Part shown: piece after piece, positions 33,626 to 47,575 of the stretch
How the letters are laid out: every line of letters starts with the position of its first letter
Position numbering within the stretch: the first letter of the stretch is position 1
Assembly: GCF_000143415.4 (NCBI RefSeq)
Contig: NW_003314264.1
Location: 1,614,480 to 1,678,479 of the forward strand
Length of the DNA: 64,000 nt
From: Selaginella moellendorffii
Taxonomy: Eukaryota > Plantae > Lycopodiophyta
Direction: 5' to 3'
Made by a program: the position numbers and the translations under genes
Notes under the pieces: generated by a model
The model's database searches: none
Told to the model about the DNA's origin: nothing
What the model saw: only the letters and a program-made list of their open reading frames with translations

Positions 33626-36600
33626 ACTTCCACGTGTCATGTGTTGGTCCTTTTTGGGTCCCTTTTTGGAGCCTCGCTTATTGCTCGCTTCATGCTTGTT
33701 CCTCGAGCACTTTTGTTGGGAATTCCACTCCCGCTCTCAACCTTCCAAGTCAGAGCTTTTAGTCCAAACGTATTACGCTCGTTTGGCTTTTGCTTCGGCC
33801 ACTACCACATGGCACCCTTCCGGCTCCACTTTGGGGCCTAGGGATTTTGTGTCTCACAGGGTGGTGCCAGATTAAGCTTTTGACCTCATCCTTGATATGG
33901 ATTGGTTGCAACGCAATCATGCCAAATTTGACTTTAAAGCATCTCACCCTTGTCTTATACTTCGTTATATTTTATCCATTCCTTTCACTTTCACACCTCT
34001 TCATCCTTTTACTTCTACCTTTGCTTCCATTACTTTTGTCCCTCCACTACTTTCTTCTATATTTCCATCTTGATTTCCTCTTCCCTTTTCTGATCCCTCC
34101 GACAATCTTTATGTTGTAGCTGTTGACCGGCTCATGAAGGAGTATTCTAATCTCTTTGAATTTGACCTATCATTTGAGGCCAAGATTGCCACACATCATT
34201 TGATTCCAACCGGGGATGGCTCGTCTAATCAAGATTCCTATTTGTTGTCGGTCACCCAAAGAGATCAAGATTTTACGTGCAAACGTCAAGGAGATATTGG
34301 AGGAAGGTGTTATTCGGATGTCATAAAGTTCTTGGGCATGTGAACCTCATCTTGTGATGAAGCCTAATGGGAGTATTTGTTTTTGCATTGACTATTATCC
34401 GTTAAACGAAGTGACAATCTCAGATGTGTACCCTCCTTCCTCACATTGCTGATATCTTGGATTGTCTCGGGTGAAGTCGTTGGTTCACCAAGCTAGATCT
34501 TGCTTTTGGTTATTAACAAGTATTGATGGCCAAAGAAGATATTCCTAAGACTGCTTTTTGTACACTATTTGGTTTGTACGAGTTCTTGGTGATGCCATTT
34601 GGTTTAAACAATGCTACTGCAACTTTTCAGTAGATGATGGATGAGGTTCTTTATGATATGCTGGAGGTGACTGCTGACTTCATTAATGATGTTTTGATCC
34701 ACTCGGAGGGGATGTAGGAGGAGCATATTTATAATGTTTGTAAAGTGTTGGATCAACTACGGGAAATCATTGGTTTAAAGCTGAAGCGGTCCAAGTGCAT
34801 GTTTGGGTCCAAGGACATGACTTATCTTGGGTATTGTATTTCTCGTGAGGGTTTGCAAGTTGATCCTAACAAACTTATGGCTATTCTAAAGTTCCCTACT
34901 CCAAAGTGTGTGAATGATATGTAGCATTTTTTGGGCAAGGTGCAGTATTCCAGTCGTTTTGTGGATCATCTTTCTAATCGCATTGCACCATTGCGAGTGT
35001 TGTTGAATTCATCAATGTCATCTTCCATCTGGTCTCCGGATTGTGAACGACCGTTCGTGGATCTCAAAGAGTTATTGACAACTCCTCTGGTTTTGACATA
35101 TCTTGACTATACTCAACATTTTATTTTACACGTGGATGCTTTTGATATTGGTCTTGGAGGTGTGTTGATGCAAGAGAGCCTAATTATGCCTAGTAAGTGC
35201 CATCCTATTGCATATATAAGCCATACATTACAATTAACGGAGGTGTATTACTCCATGACAGAGAAGGAGTGTTTAATAGCAGTTTGGGGTTTTAAAAAAC
35301 TTCATGCATATCTACATGGTCTCCGGATCTTAAAAGTGATCATGCTATTATTACTTCATTATTGAAGTGAAAGAACTTGGTTGGTTGTATCGCTCAGTGG
35401 GGTTTAAAGCTTTAAATATATGATTTTGATGTTGTTTATCGCCCAAGGAGTTTTATGGCTAATGCTGATGCCTTTTCTCAAGCTCCTCTTCCTTCTCCAC
35501 TCTCTTCTCATATTTTTTATGAGCCTATTGTTCTAGCATCTCTGGATTTTCTAAACGAGGATTTTGTGCCGTCAGTGGTTGCTATAATTGACATTCAATA
35601 TCCACAAGTGTAGAGCAAGATTTACCTTCTCTTGATGAGGTTCACGAGGCTCAAAAGATTGAGCTGTGGATTCGAATGCTTCGAGATGGGTTTGAAAATC
35701 CTGCATCACTTGCTGATAACTTGCCATTCTGGCATTTACATTCTCAATATCGCTTTGAAGACGACCTTCTTTATTTTGTGGGGATGGATCTTGATGTTCC
35801 TTTATAGCTGGTGGTGTCTTCTATCTTTATTCTATGGTTTCTCTATACTTACCATGATTCTCTTGTTCTAGATAAGCATATGGGACATCGTCGTGTGGCC
35901 GAGAAGCTGCACAGGTATTTTTATTGGCTAGAGATGCAACCTGATGTTATCTGATATGTGCATAGCTACGTTTGGTGCCAAGCCCGTAATACTCCCTCTT
36001 GTGCCTCAGAAGGACAGTTAGAGTCAATTGCAATTTCCCGTCTGTTTGAGTTGGTGGCGTTTGATTTTATGGGACCTTTTCCACAATTGATTACTGACAA
36101 TGAGTATGTTATTGTTACTTTTGACTACTTGACTTGTTGAGTGGAAGTTGGTGCTTTTGCTAGTGCCTCTGCAACTACTGTTGGATACTTCCTCTTCAAT
36201 CGAGTGGTGTTCCAACATTCTTGTCTAGAGCGAATTTTTTCGGACAATAGTCTTACATTTATGGCTGAGGCATTTCATGTTTTGACGTCTCAGTTAGGGA
36301 TACACCACACTTTCATGAGTGCTTATCATCCACAATGAAACGGTTTGGTGAAACACCTATTTCAGACGTTCAAAGGGATGATTGCGAAGTACATGACCTT
36401 TCAACATTCGAATTGAGATGGTTAGTTGCTGTCTCTTTGGTATACATTAGTCACAGAGATGCAAAGTTTTGTTGTTGCTTCACCATATAAAATTTTATAT
36501 GGTCATAATCCAATATTATTAACAAAGCTAGGTTTACCTTTGTGATTGCCACGAGTTGCTAATGCTAGGTCGTAGGATTAGTATTTGATGAGCATTCTTC

Positions 36601-38279
36601 CACTTATCTGAGTGGAGTCTATTAAACACTTATGCCACATACAAGTGGGACAATAATGGTGCTACAACTCCCATCATCGTTCACCTATGGAGTATAAAGT
36701 GGATGACTTGGTGTTAATTCATTTTTCCCATCTTACAGTATGTGGTTTATTTAAAGGGCTCCTTGCTCAGTGGAAAGGACCGTATGGGGTGTTGTGGCAA
36801 GTTGAACCAAAAATTTAAGGGGTTTATAAGTTTATGAGGCATGACATCCAATAGGCTAATCCTCCAAAAATTATGCATGTGGAACAGTTGAAACACTTCA
36901 TACAAAAGGATCAAAAACAGTTAATACCACCTACAAATCCACCAATGCTTCCTCTTGATGTTCCTTTAGATCCTGGCCCATCTACAAAAGAACTCTAATG
37001 GTCTTCCATTATTCTAAGAGAAGGGGATGATGTGAGGTCCAAATGTACGGTTATGATGTTATATATAGTGTGATTTTAGCAGCCATCGGATTGGTTTCAA
37101 TTCGGACCACTCGCTTCTGTATATAAATTAGGGTTTTTGGGCTAATTAATATGCATATTTTTTGTATTTTCCATACACTCACAATCTAAAATTTTAAAGG
37201 TTTTTATTTCTGACCTAATTTAAATAATAAATTCACTATATTTAGTATTACTAAATATATACTATAAAATCCTAATTTATATATTAATATTTACTTATAA
37301 ATATATAAAATTCAAATACAATACTAATAACTAGTTATTTTCCAATGTCTTTGATTCCTCTAACCATGCATTTGAATGTTAAACATTAATTTCTTGAGAA
37401 AAGTGAGATTGTTATTATAGTTGTAAAGTGTTCATTTCAAATTTAAAGCCTATTTCAACTAAAGCATAAAGCTCCAAATTCATCAATTTCACCCAAATAA
37501 CCAAATATATAGTTTATTTTTTGGTGTTTGGATTATTGATATTGCACAGCTCATGTGTGCAAAACTTTAGTAGGACATAACCATATGAATTGATCACATT
37601 GTTTTGGAGGATTGCCATATTGTTTTCATCTACAAAAACAATCAGCTAGAGTGTGTAAAGTTCATATAATAATTTGCTTACCACAAAATATTCCTCTAAT
37701 CCAAACAAAATATTTGACTGTAGAACTTGCTCTAGGTTGACATATAGCTCACTAAATCTTATGAATATTTTGTTCTTTGACTTAGAAGTAGCTAAACTTT
37801 TAATTGCTCAAAAGCATTGGTCCTCTATGTTCTATAGTTACATACTCATGCCTGGGACAGTGCAAGTTTCTTGATCGCATAGGCTCACTTACTCATTGTT
37901 TTCTTCTGATAGTTTTTAAGGTTCTCAATTGGTTTTATTGTAAATTAAATTCCAATAGCATTTAAAGGTGATCCCATCACTTTGTGAGGTTGTAACCAAG
38001 AGGTTATGTCAATGTTATAATAAATAAACATCTCACCAAATCTTTAAAATTATATGTATTTTATCATAACTTAGCCTTTTATATAAGAGTGCATAAAGGT
38101 CTATTGTAAGGTAGAGATGACCAAATCATTCTAGAAAGTTTTATATTAAAATATGCATTTAGAGCAACTTGTTTTCAATAGTGGGTAGCAAGTATTTTAA
38201 ACTCATTTAATAAAGAAAGAGAATTAATCGCACTTGCTGACCTGCCGTCTTGGCGTCTTTGTGCGGTATGCCTTTTTTT

Positions 38280-38379
38280 NNNNNNNNNNNNNNNNNNNNN
38301 NNNNNNNNNNNNNNNNNNNNNNNNNNNNNNNNNNNNNNNNNNNNNNNNNNNNNNNNNNNNNNNNNNNNNNNNNNNNNNN
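38280..38379. other. Assembly gap (100 N)
   Basis: Run of N. Confidence 1.
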
Positions 38380-40089
38380 TTTCTAACTTGTATTCGCTGT
38401 AACATTACCTTCAACCCACTAAAATGTATAAACTTGTATTACTTATTTAAATCTTCTAAAGTGTTTGTACTTTTTAAACTCTAGCACAACCAATTGTGAT
38501 TATCATGGCATTCACTTCAAATGCATTTTTCTATGTGTTTATGTAACTCTACTCTTAATAGAGAAAACAACTCCTCTTTCAGATAATTAAAACTTTATTT
38601 TTGCCACCATTATAGATAATTTTAATGCTTTTTCAATTGTTTTGTGCTTCATTACTCATGAAACTGTAAAGCATTTGTGGTGTTGAAAATTTTATTTCAA
38701 CTTGATATGTGTTGTTCAAAAAAGAACTTAAAATGACATTTCTTTCAAATAACTATCACCATCAAGGATTATACTCTATATAAAAGGATTTTCTAATAAA
38801 GAGAACTTAAATAAAGAAGTTCACAAAAATATTTTATACACTAAAAAAAAATTTATTAAGGTTTTAGCTGTAATATTTTTATTAAACATGTATTTAAAAA
38901 ATAGTAATTTAGGCATCTAATCTTTGTGGGAAATAGTTGCTATTTGATAGAGTTTTGCATTATCACCTAATTTAGAATTTAAATTATTATTTTAATATCT
39001 AATAATTAGTAATTATACTAAATATTATAGTTATATATCTATATTATGTTTTTATTACATTTTTAGTGTAATTATAAAAAAAATGCCCTATATTTTTTTC
39101 AGTGTAATTTATAGATAAAATTTATTTTAATTTTAAATACAATATCAATATCTTTTTTTTCACCTCATATTCAGATGTTATAATGAATCTCGAATTTAAC
39201 ATTTGGATCCATCCTATGCAAATGATAAAATACTCTAGAATTTTAACATTTAAAGAATTATTTGTAATTGCAACTTTGTTGTAAAGCTTTCTATTTACAG
39301 TATCACTTCCATAACTGAGAATTATATACTCGTGCTGATGGTATTGCTGCTTGATGTTGATCTTTTACTTTTAATTATAATGCTTTTGAGTATGTTGTCT
39401 TTGCTTTCTTTGACCAAGTATTTGTAATCTCATATATTTGTTGTTTCTTGTCTACTAATATGAAATTAAGAAATATTTAAAGAACTTGAATTGTAATTAT
39501 AAAGTTTGTATATATGTACAAGGCATGGTTGAAAGAAGAATATAACATCTAAGCTACAATAAAATCTTGGAGAAAATTAAGTCCCATATATACTAATGAA
39601 AAAAGTTCTATATACTAACGTAAATACGTTTGTGAATAGGCTTATATAGATTTAAACTCACCAAACACTATAAATCTATAATTTGTTTGCATAAGCAAAC
39701 CTGTAGCAGTATTGACTATATTTAAATATGCTTGGAGATTCTAGGATATTTTAATAGCTAATAGTTGTTGTTCATTTAGATTAATATTTCTATTTATAAT
39801 TTATAATCTTTCCTAAACACTTTCTAGTATATTCTTGTTTATTCTACTATTGATGCAAGGGCCAATGGAATAATATTAATCTTGACTCATAAATTATAAA
39901 TATGTTTATAACCATTGATCAATTAGATTGTCTCTCATATTTTTTATCCTTCACCATGGTGTGCCAGCTAAGATCCTTTTGCGTCTTTTCAGGTACCATC
40001 TTTGTTTGGGTTTCATGGACGGCTCCGTCAACCTTGCATCACACTCTTTCCTTGCAAAGTTTACCAACCTCCGAGAAAAGCTTTTCTCT

Positions 40090-40440
40090 CATTGAGCAAG
40101 CATGCTGAGTAGTGGATTCCATCCAGATTTCTCTCCCAGATCTGTGAGTGGAGCCTCTTCTCTGCTAAGTCGCTGTGTGCCTTGAGCGCCACCATGAAAG
40201 TCTGAGCGTTTGGCTGCTGGCTTGCTCATAGCACTCAAGAGCAAAGGTTGTTCTCAGCATATCCCAGGAAACAATGTTTTGCTACTCCATGCAAAGTCTC
40301 AGCGTTTGGAGGCAGGCCAGCTTCTCGTTGCATCTGATAGAAGACGTGCTGTCCCATGATGATCGTGTTCCAGGCAACCAACGTCATGTTTATTTGTCCT
40401 CCTGAACACTTCTGATGCTTCCATGAGGCTGCTTGCAACG
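40090..40440 (-). pseudogene. PLS-class PPR gene fragment (duplicate)
   Basis: Essentially identical to 21410-21760. Confidence 0.65.
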
Positions 40441-40971
40441 AATTTGAATTTGCGAGGTAGACCAACCTATCCTGTTCTTCGTCCCATCCTGTTGAACAAC
40501 CTGTGTTGCAAGCCGCAGTGTAGACTTCGACCATACTTTCACAATTGCACTTGCTTGAATGATGCTCTTGACTCTGGAGAAACTTATCTGGCCGCTATGC
40601 CCTGCACTGCTTCTTCTCATCGGAGCGCCTGCAAGAACACAGAGCAAAAGTATTACGTTACCTTTTCTCAAACCTTTCGTCTCAAGAAACTTCTCTGGCC
40701 TTTGGAGGTGCACTAACGTCTGCTCCCCCGTCACTCTAGAGGATAGCTCAGTCAAATCGAAACTTGGTAGTTTCTTGCTCTATTTTCCAGTCCATGTTCC
40801 AAGCCACCTGTGCAATAACTTCCAAGTCTGGTGACTTCCACCAGTTGACCCTTGTATGTGATCTTCACTGTCCGTGAGCAAGAGCCTGATGTCTTCTTGC
40901 TCTGCAACTTCATCTCCTTGAAGATTGTTTGTACACAATCTTCCATGTGACAACGCATGCACTGTGCTGAC

Positions 40972-41703
40972 TTACGCGTCACTGCCAGTGTTGGCAGGAC
41001 ACTTTGAGGAGAATCCTAGAGTGCCATTGCTGTGCGAACCACGAGTGTGAGCTTCCAGCTGTTTCTTCTCAGTCGGAGGATCGTCCACCACAACTTCGAT
41101 CTGCCACCCGGGATCCTGAAAGATCACATTACTGCGCTGCTTCCTTCGAGATAACATCCATCGCACGAGCAAAAAGCACGCGAGCAGCACCAAGATCGCA
41201 ACCAAAACCCAGAGAAGAAGCTGGAGCAGCGACCACGGCGTCCTCCGAACCACTGTAACTACTGCTGCAGGTGTTGGTGTGGCCACTGCTGCGTCGTGAC
41301 CGTCGCGACGACGATGGTGGTGGTGGTGGTGGTGGTGGTGGTGGTTGTGGCGTCCTCCATGGTGGTGACCATGGTGATGATGGTGAACAACCAGAGGAGC
41401 TCCATCACCGTGATGATGATGGTACACTGCTGCTGCTGGAGCTGGATGGTGGTGGCGAGCATGATCGAGGATAGCAGGCGCTGGAGCTAGATGAGCAGGG
41501 TGGCCGTGAGCAGGGTGAACGAAAGCAGCTGGCGCTGGGGCTCGATCTTGAAGAACTGGAGCTAAAGCTGGCGCTGGCTCGTGGCCTTGGTGTCCATGGT
41601 GGTGTGCTGGATGTGCTGGAGCTAGAGCTGGGTGATGGCTGCCTTGCCAGGGCGCTTGAGCTCGGCGGGCAAGCATTGGGGCGGCGTGAGTGCGAGCGAC
41701 CAT
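40972..41703 (-). CDS. His/Pro/Ala-rich single-pass membrane protein, copy 3 (243 aa, H10 tract)
   Basis: Intact paralog of 22291-23040. Confidence 0.78.
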   Translation of the reverse strand: MVARTHAAPMLARRAQAPWQGSHHPALAPAHPAHHHGHQGHEPAPALAPVLQDRAPAPAAFVHPAHGHPAHLAPAPAILDHARHHHPAPAAAVYHHHHGDGAPLVVHHHHHGHHHGGRHNHHHHHHHHHHRRRDGHDAAVATPTPAAVVTVVRRTPWSLLQLLLWVLVAILVLLACFLLVRWMLSRRKQRSNVIFQDPGWQIEVVVDDPPTEKKQLEAHTRGSHSNGTLGFSSKCPANTGSDA

Positions 41704-42211
41704 AGCTTACCTGACGAGAGCTTCGACAATAGAAAAATCCAAGTGAGAAAGATTATAACCTAACCTTTGACTTAGAAAAATAAAGAGGTACTTTTGGCTT
41801 TGTGGAAAAAAAAAACGAGTGGAGGGTGCCATCGGGCTTGATCATGCCAAAGAGCTCAAACCTAGATGTGAACAGCAATTTAATCTCACAATCACGAAAT
41901 GCTCTAGGTATTTCAAAAAGAGAAAACAACTTTAATTTTATGGCAACTCCTTCCCGGCTCGCAGTGAACGAAACTTTTTTACTCGCTTTTTCAAAGCTCT
42001 GGAAACTTGGCACTCATTGAATGTGAGTCATGGAGACGCTCAGCCAGCAGCGTGTACAAACTACTTCCTTTTGCAAAAAAGTGGGAAAATCTATCCATTG
42101 CTGTTTTGATATTCTCACAGTGCAACATAGCTCCATATTGATATTGATCCACAGCTCCTCCAGAGTAGAATCGGTCAAAACGCCTGGAACGATCCAACAA
42201 TCAAACATATT

Positions 42212-42233
42212 TGGAGATGCTAGTATCGATCCC
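42212..42233 (-). pseudogene. Remnant 3' end of tRNA-Ala (rest deleted)
   Basis: 'tggagatgctagtatcgatccc' at the position matching 1114 and 23572, with the same flanks. Confidence 0.7.
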
Positions 42234-45200
42234 AAAAATCCAAAGCTTTTCTTTTCACCATTCTAGTACTCATCCTGGGATTTCAAGAGCTTTTTAAGAG
42301 ATGAGGTTCGGAAGGACTAGCAAGCTTTTATAGCCAAGCAGCTGATATGTACATACTCAAGGTCATGAAATCTAATTTTGGCAACATCCTATGAAGTGCT
42401 CTAGGTTTAGATTTGTGGAGCATACCCTCAAAAGAGATGTGTGTGGAATCCACAGGATGGGCTGCTTGATGTGTATGAGAGGAAACTCCTCTGTTCCAGA
42501 TCATACCAGTTTGATTTATATTGTGTTGGTTTTACGAATTGCTTTTGAATAACATTGCAAAGCAAAACACTAGCCTTGTTCTTGTGAATATTATTACTAT
42601 ATTATGTATTATTATTATAATTATTAGTAACACTAATATTATTTGGTATTTTGGTTTGTTAGTAAACATATTTAGCTACATAATTGTATTGCTAAAAGTC
42701 TTTTGAAATGAGTAACTTTTCTTTCTTACAAAATTTCAAAATTGGAAATGTCACCTTCACATTTTTTCAAAGTTTAAGAGCATTTGCTTTTCGTATCTCA
42801 TAGCCCCTGAACAAACAAATAGAGATATTGGGCACTCTTGATCAATTCAAAGAAACTAATCATTAAAAACTTACTAGAATCTGCCAATAGAGAGAGCCAA
42901 GTCAACAAAAGGAGTCATTAAGAATAAAATTTTAAAATATTCTGGTACACTAAAGAATATTTTCTTAATGTTTTAGTGGCAATATTTTTATTAAAGAGGT
43001 ATTTTAAACAAACTAATAATTTAAATAATATTTAAATATGAGTGGCAATATTTCCTAATTAATAGAGGTTTTGCCTTGTAACCTAATTTCAGATGAAAGT
43101 ATTATTTTAAGATTTAATAATTAGTATTATTAAATTTTTAATTATTACTGTAAAATCCATTTGAGTGTAACTTTGAGAAATGCCTTTTGTTATTTTATAT
43201 GTAACTTATAAATAATATTTTATAATAAATATTTTAAATTCAAATATAATACTAATATCTAATTCTTTCTCAATGTTATGAACTCCTTATATTAACATTT
43301 TAACATTTGAATCCATCCCAAAATGCATTAAATATATAAAATACATATGTTTGTAAGGGATTAAAGACCTACCAAAAGTATAACATTGCAGGAAGCATAT
43401 GCAAATGCAACTTGGGAATTAATTTGTTGTGATATTGTAAAATTTTGTATTTACAATATCAATTCCATAATTGAAAATTATATACTTGTAATGATAGTAT
43501 TATTATTTATGGTTGAGACTTTTAACTTCCATTCTTTCTCGTTTTTAGAATTTCTTGAGAAAAGTGCTAAGGTTGAGTTTGTGGTTATGATTGTAAAGTT
43601 TTCTTTTCAAATTTAAAATTTGCTTCAACTAAAGCCCAAAGCTCCAAATTCATCAATTTCACCGCATCTTCAACTAATCAAATACATAGTATATATTTTA
43701 CTTTCTGGATAATTAACACTACATAGACTATGTGAGCAGAACTTCTATAGGACATAACAACATGAATAATCACAATATTGTGGAGGATTGCCTTATTGTT
43801 GTTATCTACAAAAACAATCAACTGGAGTGTGTAAAGTTCATATGGTAATTTGCTTACTATATAATATTCTTCCAATCCAAGTAAAACATTTGATTCTAGA
43901 ACTTACTTTAAGTTTCATTAAATTCTATGAATCTTTCCTAATTTGACTTGGAAGCATCTAGGCTCTTCATTGCTCAAAAGCACTGGTCCTCTTTGTTCTA
44001 TAGTTATATACTTATATTGGAGATAGTGCAAATGTGTTCGCTGTATGGGCTCACTTACTCATCATTTTCTTTTGACAGTTTTAAGGTTCTCAATTGGTTT
44101 TATTGCAAATTAAATTCCAAAATCATATAAAGTTGATCTCATCACTTTTATGACTTTGTGACCAAAAAGTTGTGTCAATGTAGAAGTAGATAAAAATTTC
44201 ACCAAACCCTCAAATTTACATCGATTGTTTTTATAACTTAGCCTTTTATATAAAAGTGTATAAAGGTTTATTGTAGCATAGAGATGACCAAGTCTGTTTT
44301 ATATGAAAATACACATTTAGAGAAATTTGTTTTTGATAGCCATATCATTTGGTAAATTTCAATAAGATTTGTTATTAACACTTTGTAGCAAGTATTTCAA
44401 AACTCATTGAATAAAGAAAGAGGATTAATAAAGAGATCAATGTGAGTACTTCCTTATTTGAGAAATAACTAAAGTCCTTAAATGTGGAAAAAAAAAAAAC
44501 CACTATATCAGCCAAGTCTATAATTTTAGAATTGCATTTTTCATAAACATTACCCCCAACCCATTATAAATGTACAAATTTATATTACTTGTTTGCCATT
44601 TTCTAAAGTGCTTGTACCTTTTAAACTCTAGCAAAACCATTTGTGCTTATTATGGTGTTCAACTTGAATACATTTCTCTGTGCATTCATGTAAACTTTAT
44701 TCCTAATGGAAAAGGCAACTCTTCTCTCATTTAAAAAATACTTTATTTATACAACCATTATAGATAGATCTAATACTTCATCAATTTGATTATGCTTTGT
44801 TACTCATGAAATTGTAAAACATTGGTGGTGTTGAAAATCCTAATCCAACCTAGTATATATTGTTTAGTAGTGTTTAAAAAAGAACTCAAAATGGCATCTC
44901 TCTCAAATAGTTATATTTACTAATACAAGGAGTTAGTAAATAGTGAGCCAAGGGAGTTGACAAGAATATTTTGATACCCTAAAGAATATAAATAATGTTT
45001 ACATCTGTTTAACTTACCACCATCTAATCTTTGTGGCAGAGGCTTTGGTTATCACCTAATTTAGAGAATAATTTATTAATTTAATATTCAATAATTAGTA
45101 TTCATACTGATTGTTTAAGCTATATATTCATATTAAGTTAATACAATACCAATATCTAGTTTTTTCACCTTATGTTCAAGCATTATGATGAATTGAAAGT

Positions 45201-46639
45201 TTAACATTTAGATCCATAATATGCAAAGGATGAAAGACTTTCAAAGTTTAACGTTAAAAGAAGTATATGCAATTGCAACTTAGGAATTGGTTGATTATGA
45301 TGTTGTGAAGATTCCCATTTACAATATCACTTTCTTAACTGAAAACTATATACTTGTGATTATGGTATTGTTGATTGATGTTCATATTTACTTTTTAACT
45401 CTATTGCCTTTGAGTATATTGTCTTTGCTTTCTATGACCAAGTATTTGTAATCTTCATATGTTTGTTGTTTCTCTTCTACTAATACAAAATCAGGAAAGA
45501 TTTAAAGAACTTGAATTGTAATTATGAAGTTTGTATATTTGTACAAGACATTGTTGAAAGAACAATATAACATCTAATCTACAACAAAATGTTGGAAAAA
45601 CGTAAGTCCCAAGTTTTATATTGGTTTAATTATATAAGTTTGGAGAAAAAAATTCTATATATTAATGAGTACATGAGTTAATGAAATAAGCTTGTCTAAG
45701 TTTAAGTGACCAAACACCATAGATCTATAATTGGTTTGCTTAAGCGAACTTGAAGTGGTATTGAATAAACTTTGAATATGCTTGGATATTCTAGGATATT
45801 CTACTATTTAATGGTTTATATTAATCTATTTTTTATAATTTGTGAACATGTTTATAATTTATAAAATCTTGGAAAAAACTTTCTAGTATATTCTTTTCTA
45901 TTTCACTATTGATATGCAATAATATTAATCTTGGTTTATAAATTATAAATATTTTTATCATTATTTCTCAATTAAATTATTACTACTATCTAGTAAACCA
46001 AGAAAATTATTTATGAGATAAGTATTTTCTCAAATATTTTTATCTCTTCACCATGCTAAGTTCTCTTGTTTTCAGGTACCATATTTGTTTGGGTTTCATT
46101 GATGGCTCCATCAACCTTGCATCACACTCTTTCCTCACAAAGCTTACTAACAAGTTTCTGAGAAAAGCTTTTCTCTCATTTTGATTACATTCTTTGGATC
46201 CATGAGATTAGAGCATATGCCTTCAGTGATACGATGGAGTTCCCTCATTCTGACACAGCGCTCCTACTCAGGCAACTCCCAGGCACCTAAATGAAAAGTA
46301 AACTTCCAAGGCAACATGAGTAACACCTCCTAATACCCTCTCCACAATAAAATTGTATGTCCATTCCCATCCATGTCATTGATGAAAAAGTCAAAGAAGA
46401 AGATACTTACCATGTGTAAAGAGATAACCTCCAAAGCCTCCACAGCTTTTCATTGCCAAGCTTCAGTTTCCTCAAAACAGCTTGAAGATAGGGATTTTTA
46501 ACTAGCTCGACCATCTTGGCCTAAGAATTGCATAAATGAAGTACCTTGTGAAGGCTATAAGACGAAACAAAAAAGCTATGAACTAGTGAAAAAACTATAG
46601 TACCTATGACCATCATGCTTCGTATGAGTAGTGCAAGAA

Positions 46640-47070
46640 GAAGTGTGTCATCGTGACAGTGGGGCAGAAAACTTCTCGAGCGGCAGGCATGTCTCCACAC
46701 TGAGCGAGCACGTGAGTAGTGGATTCCATCCAGATCTCTCCCGGATCTGCGAGTGGAACCTCTTCTCTGCTAAGTCACCGCGTGCCTTGAGCGCCACCAT
46801 GAAAAGTCTGAGCGTTTGGCTGCCGGTTTGCTCGTAGCACTAAAGAGCAAAGGTTGTTCTCGGCATATCCCAGGAAACGATGTCTTGCTGCTCCATGCAA
46901 AGTCTCAGCGTTTGGAGGCAGCCCAGCTTCTCGTTGCATCTGATAGAAGACTTGCATGTTCGTGTTCCAGGCAACCAACGTCGTGTTTATTTGTCCTCCT
47001 GAACACTTCTGATGGTTCCACAGTCCACGAGGCTGCTTGCGACGAATGCATACGGCTTTGTATTCACAAT
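46640..47070 (-). pseudogene. PLS-class PPR gene fragment (longer version)
   Basis: FVASSLVD..CG, VAWN, VFYQMQREAG.PN and LAQCGDMPAAREVF motifs, broken by indels. Confidence 0.7.
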
Positions 47071-47575
47071 TTGCGAGGTACCTATCCTGTTCTTCGTCCC
47101 ATCCTGTTGAACAACCTGTGTTGCAAGCCGCAGTGTAGACTTCGACCATACTTTCACAATTGCACTTGCTTGAATGATGCTCTTGACTCTGGAGAAACTT
47201 ATCTGGCCGCTATGCCCTGCACTGCTTCTTCTCATCGGAGCGCCTGCAAGAACACAGAGCAAAAGTATTACGTTACCTTTTCTCAAACCTTTCGTCTCAA
47301 GAAACTTCTCTGGCCTTTGGAGGTGCACTAACGTCTGCTCCCCTGGCACTCTAGAGGATAGCTCAGTCAAATCGAAACTTGCTCTATTTTCCAGTCCATG
47401 TTCCAAGCCACCTGTGCAATAACTTCCAAGTCTAGTGACTTCCACCAGTTGACCCTTGTATGTGATCTTCACTGTCCGTGAGCAAGAGCCTGCTGTCTTC
47501 TTGCTCTGCAACTTCATCTCCTTGAAGATTGTTTGTACACAATCTTCCATGTGACAACGCATGCACTGTGCTGAC

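Larger units (their letters stand above)
26088..33858 (-). mobile_element. Non-autonomous LTR element (LARD-like), 7.77 kb
   Basis: 5-bp TSD GGGTG; TG..CA LTRs at 26088-27946 and 32019-33858 (~99% identical outside the repeats). PBS TGGTATCAGAGC (tRNA-iMet) at ~32004-32015 and PPT GGGTGGTGGAGT at 27947-27958. The 4.07-kb interior has no gag/pol ORF. Confidence 0.93.
24478..37183 (+). mobile_element. Decayed short-LTR Ty3/gypsy element, the duplicated counterpart of 2044-8606, carrying a nested LARD-like element
   Basis: Same insertion site and ATCT TSD as 2044-8606. LTRs at 24478-24619 and 37031-37183; gag-pol relic with many stops. Confidence 0.92.

Noticed and set aside
38175-38414. ORF spanning the N run
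   Set aside because: Artefact of the assembly gap.
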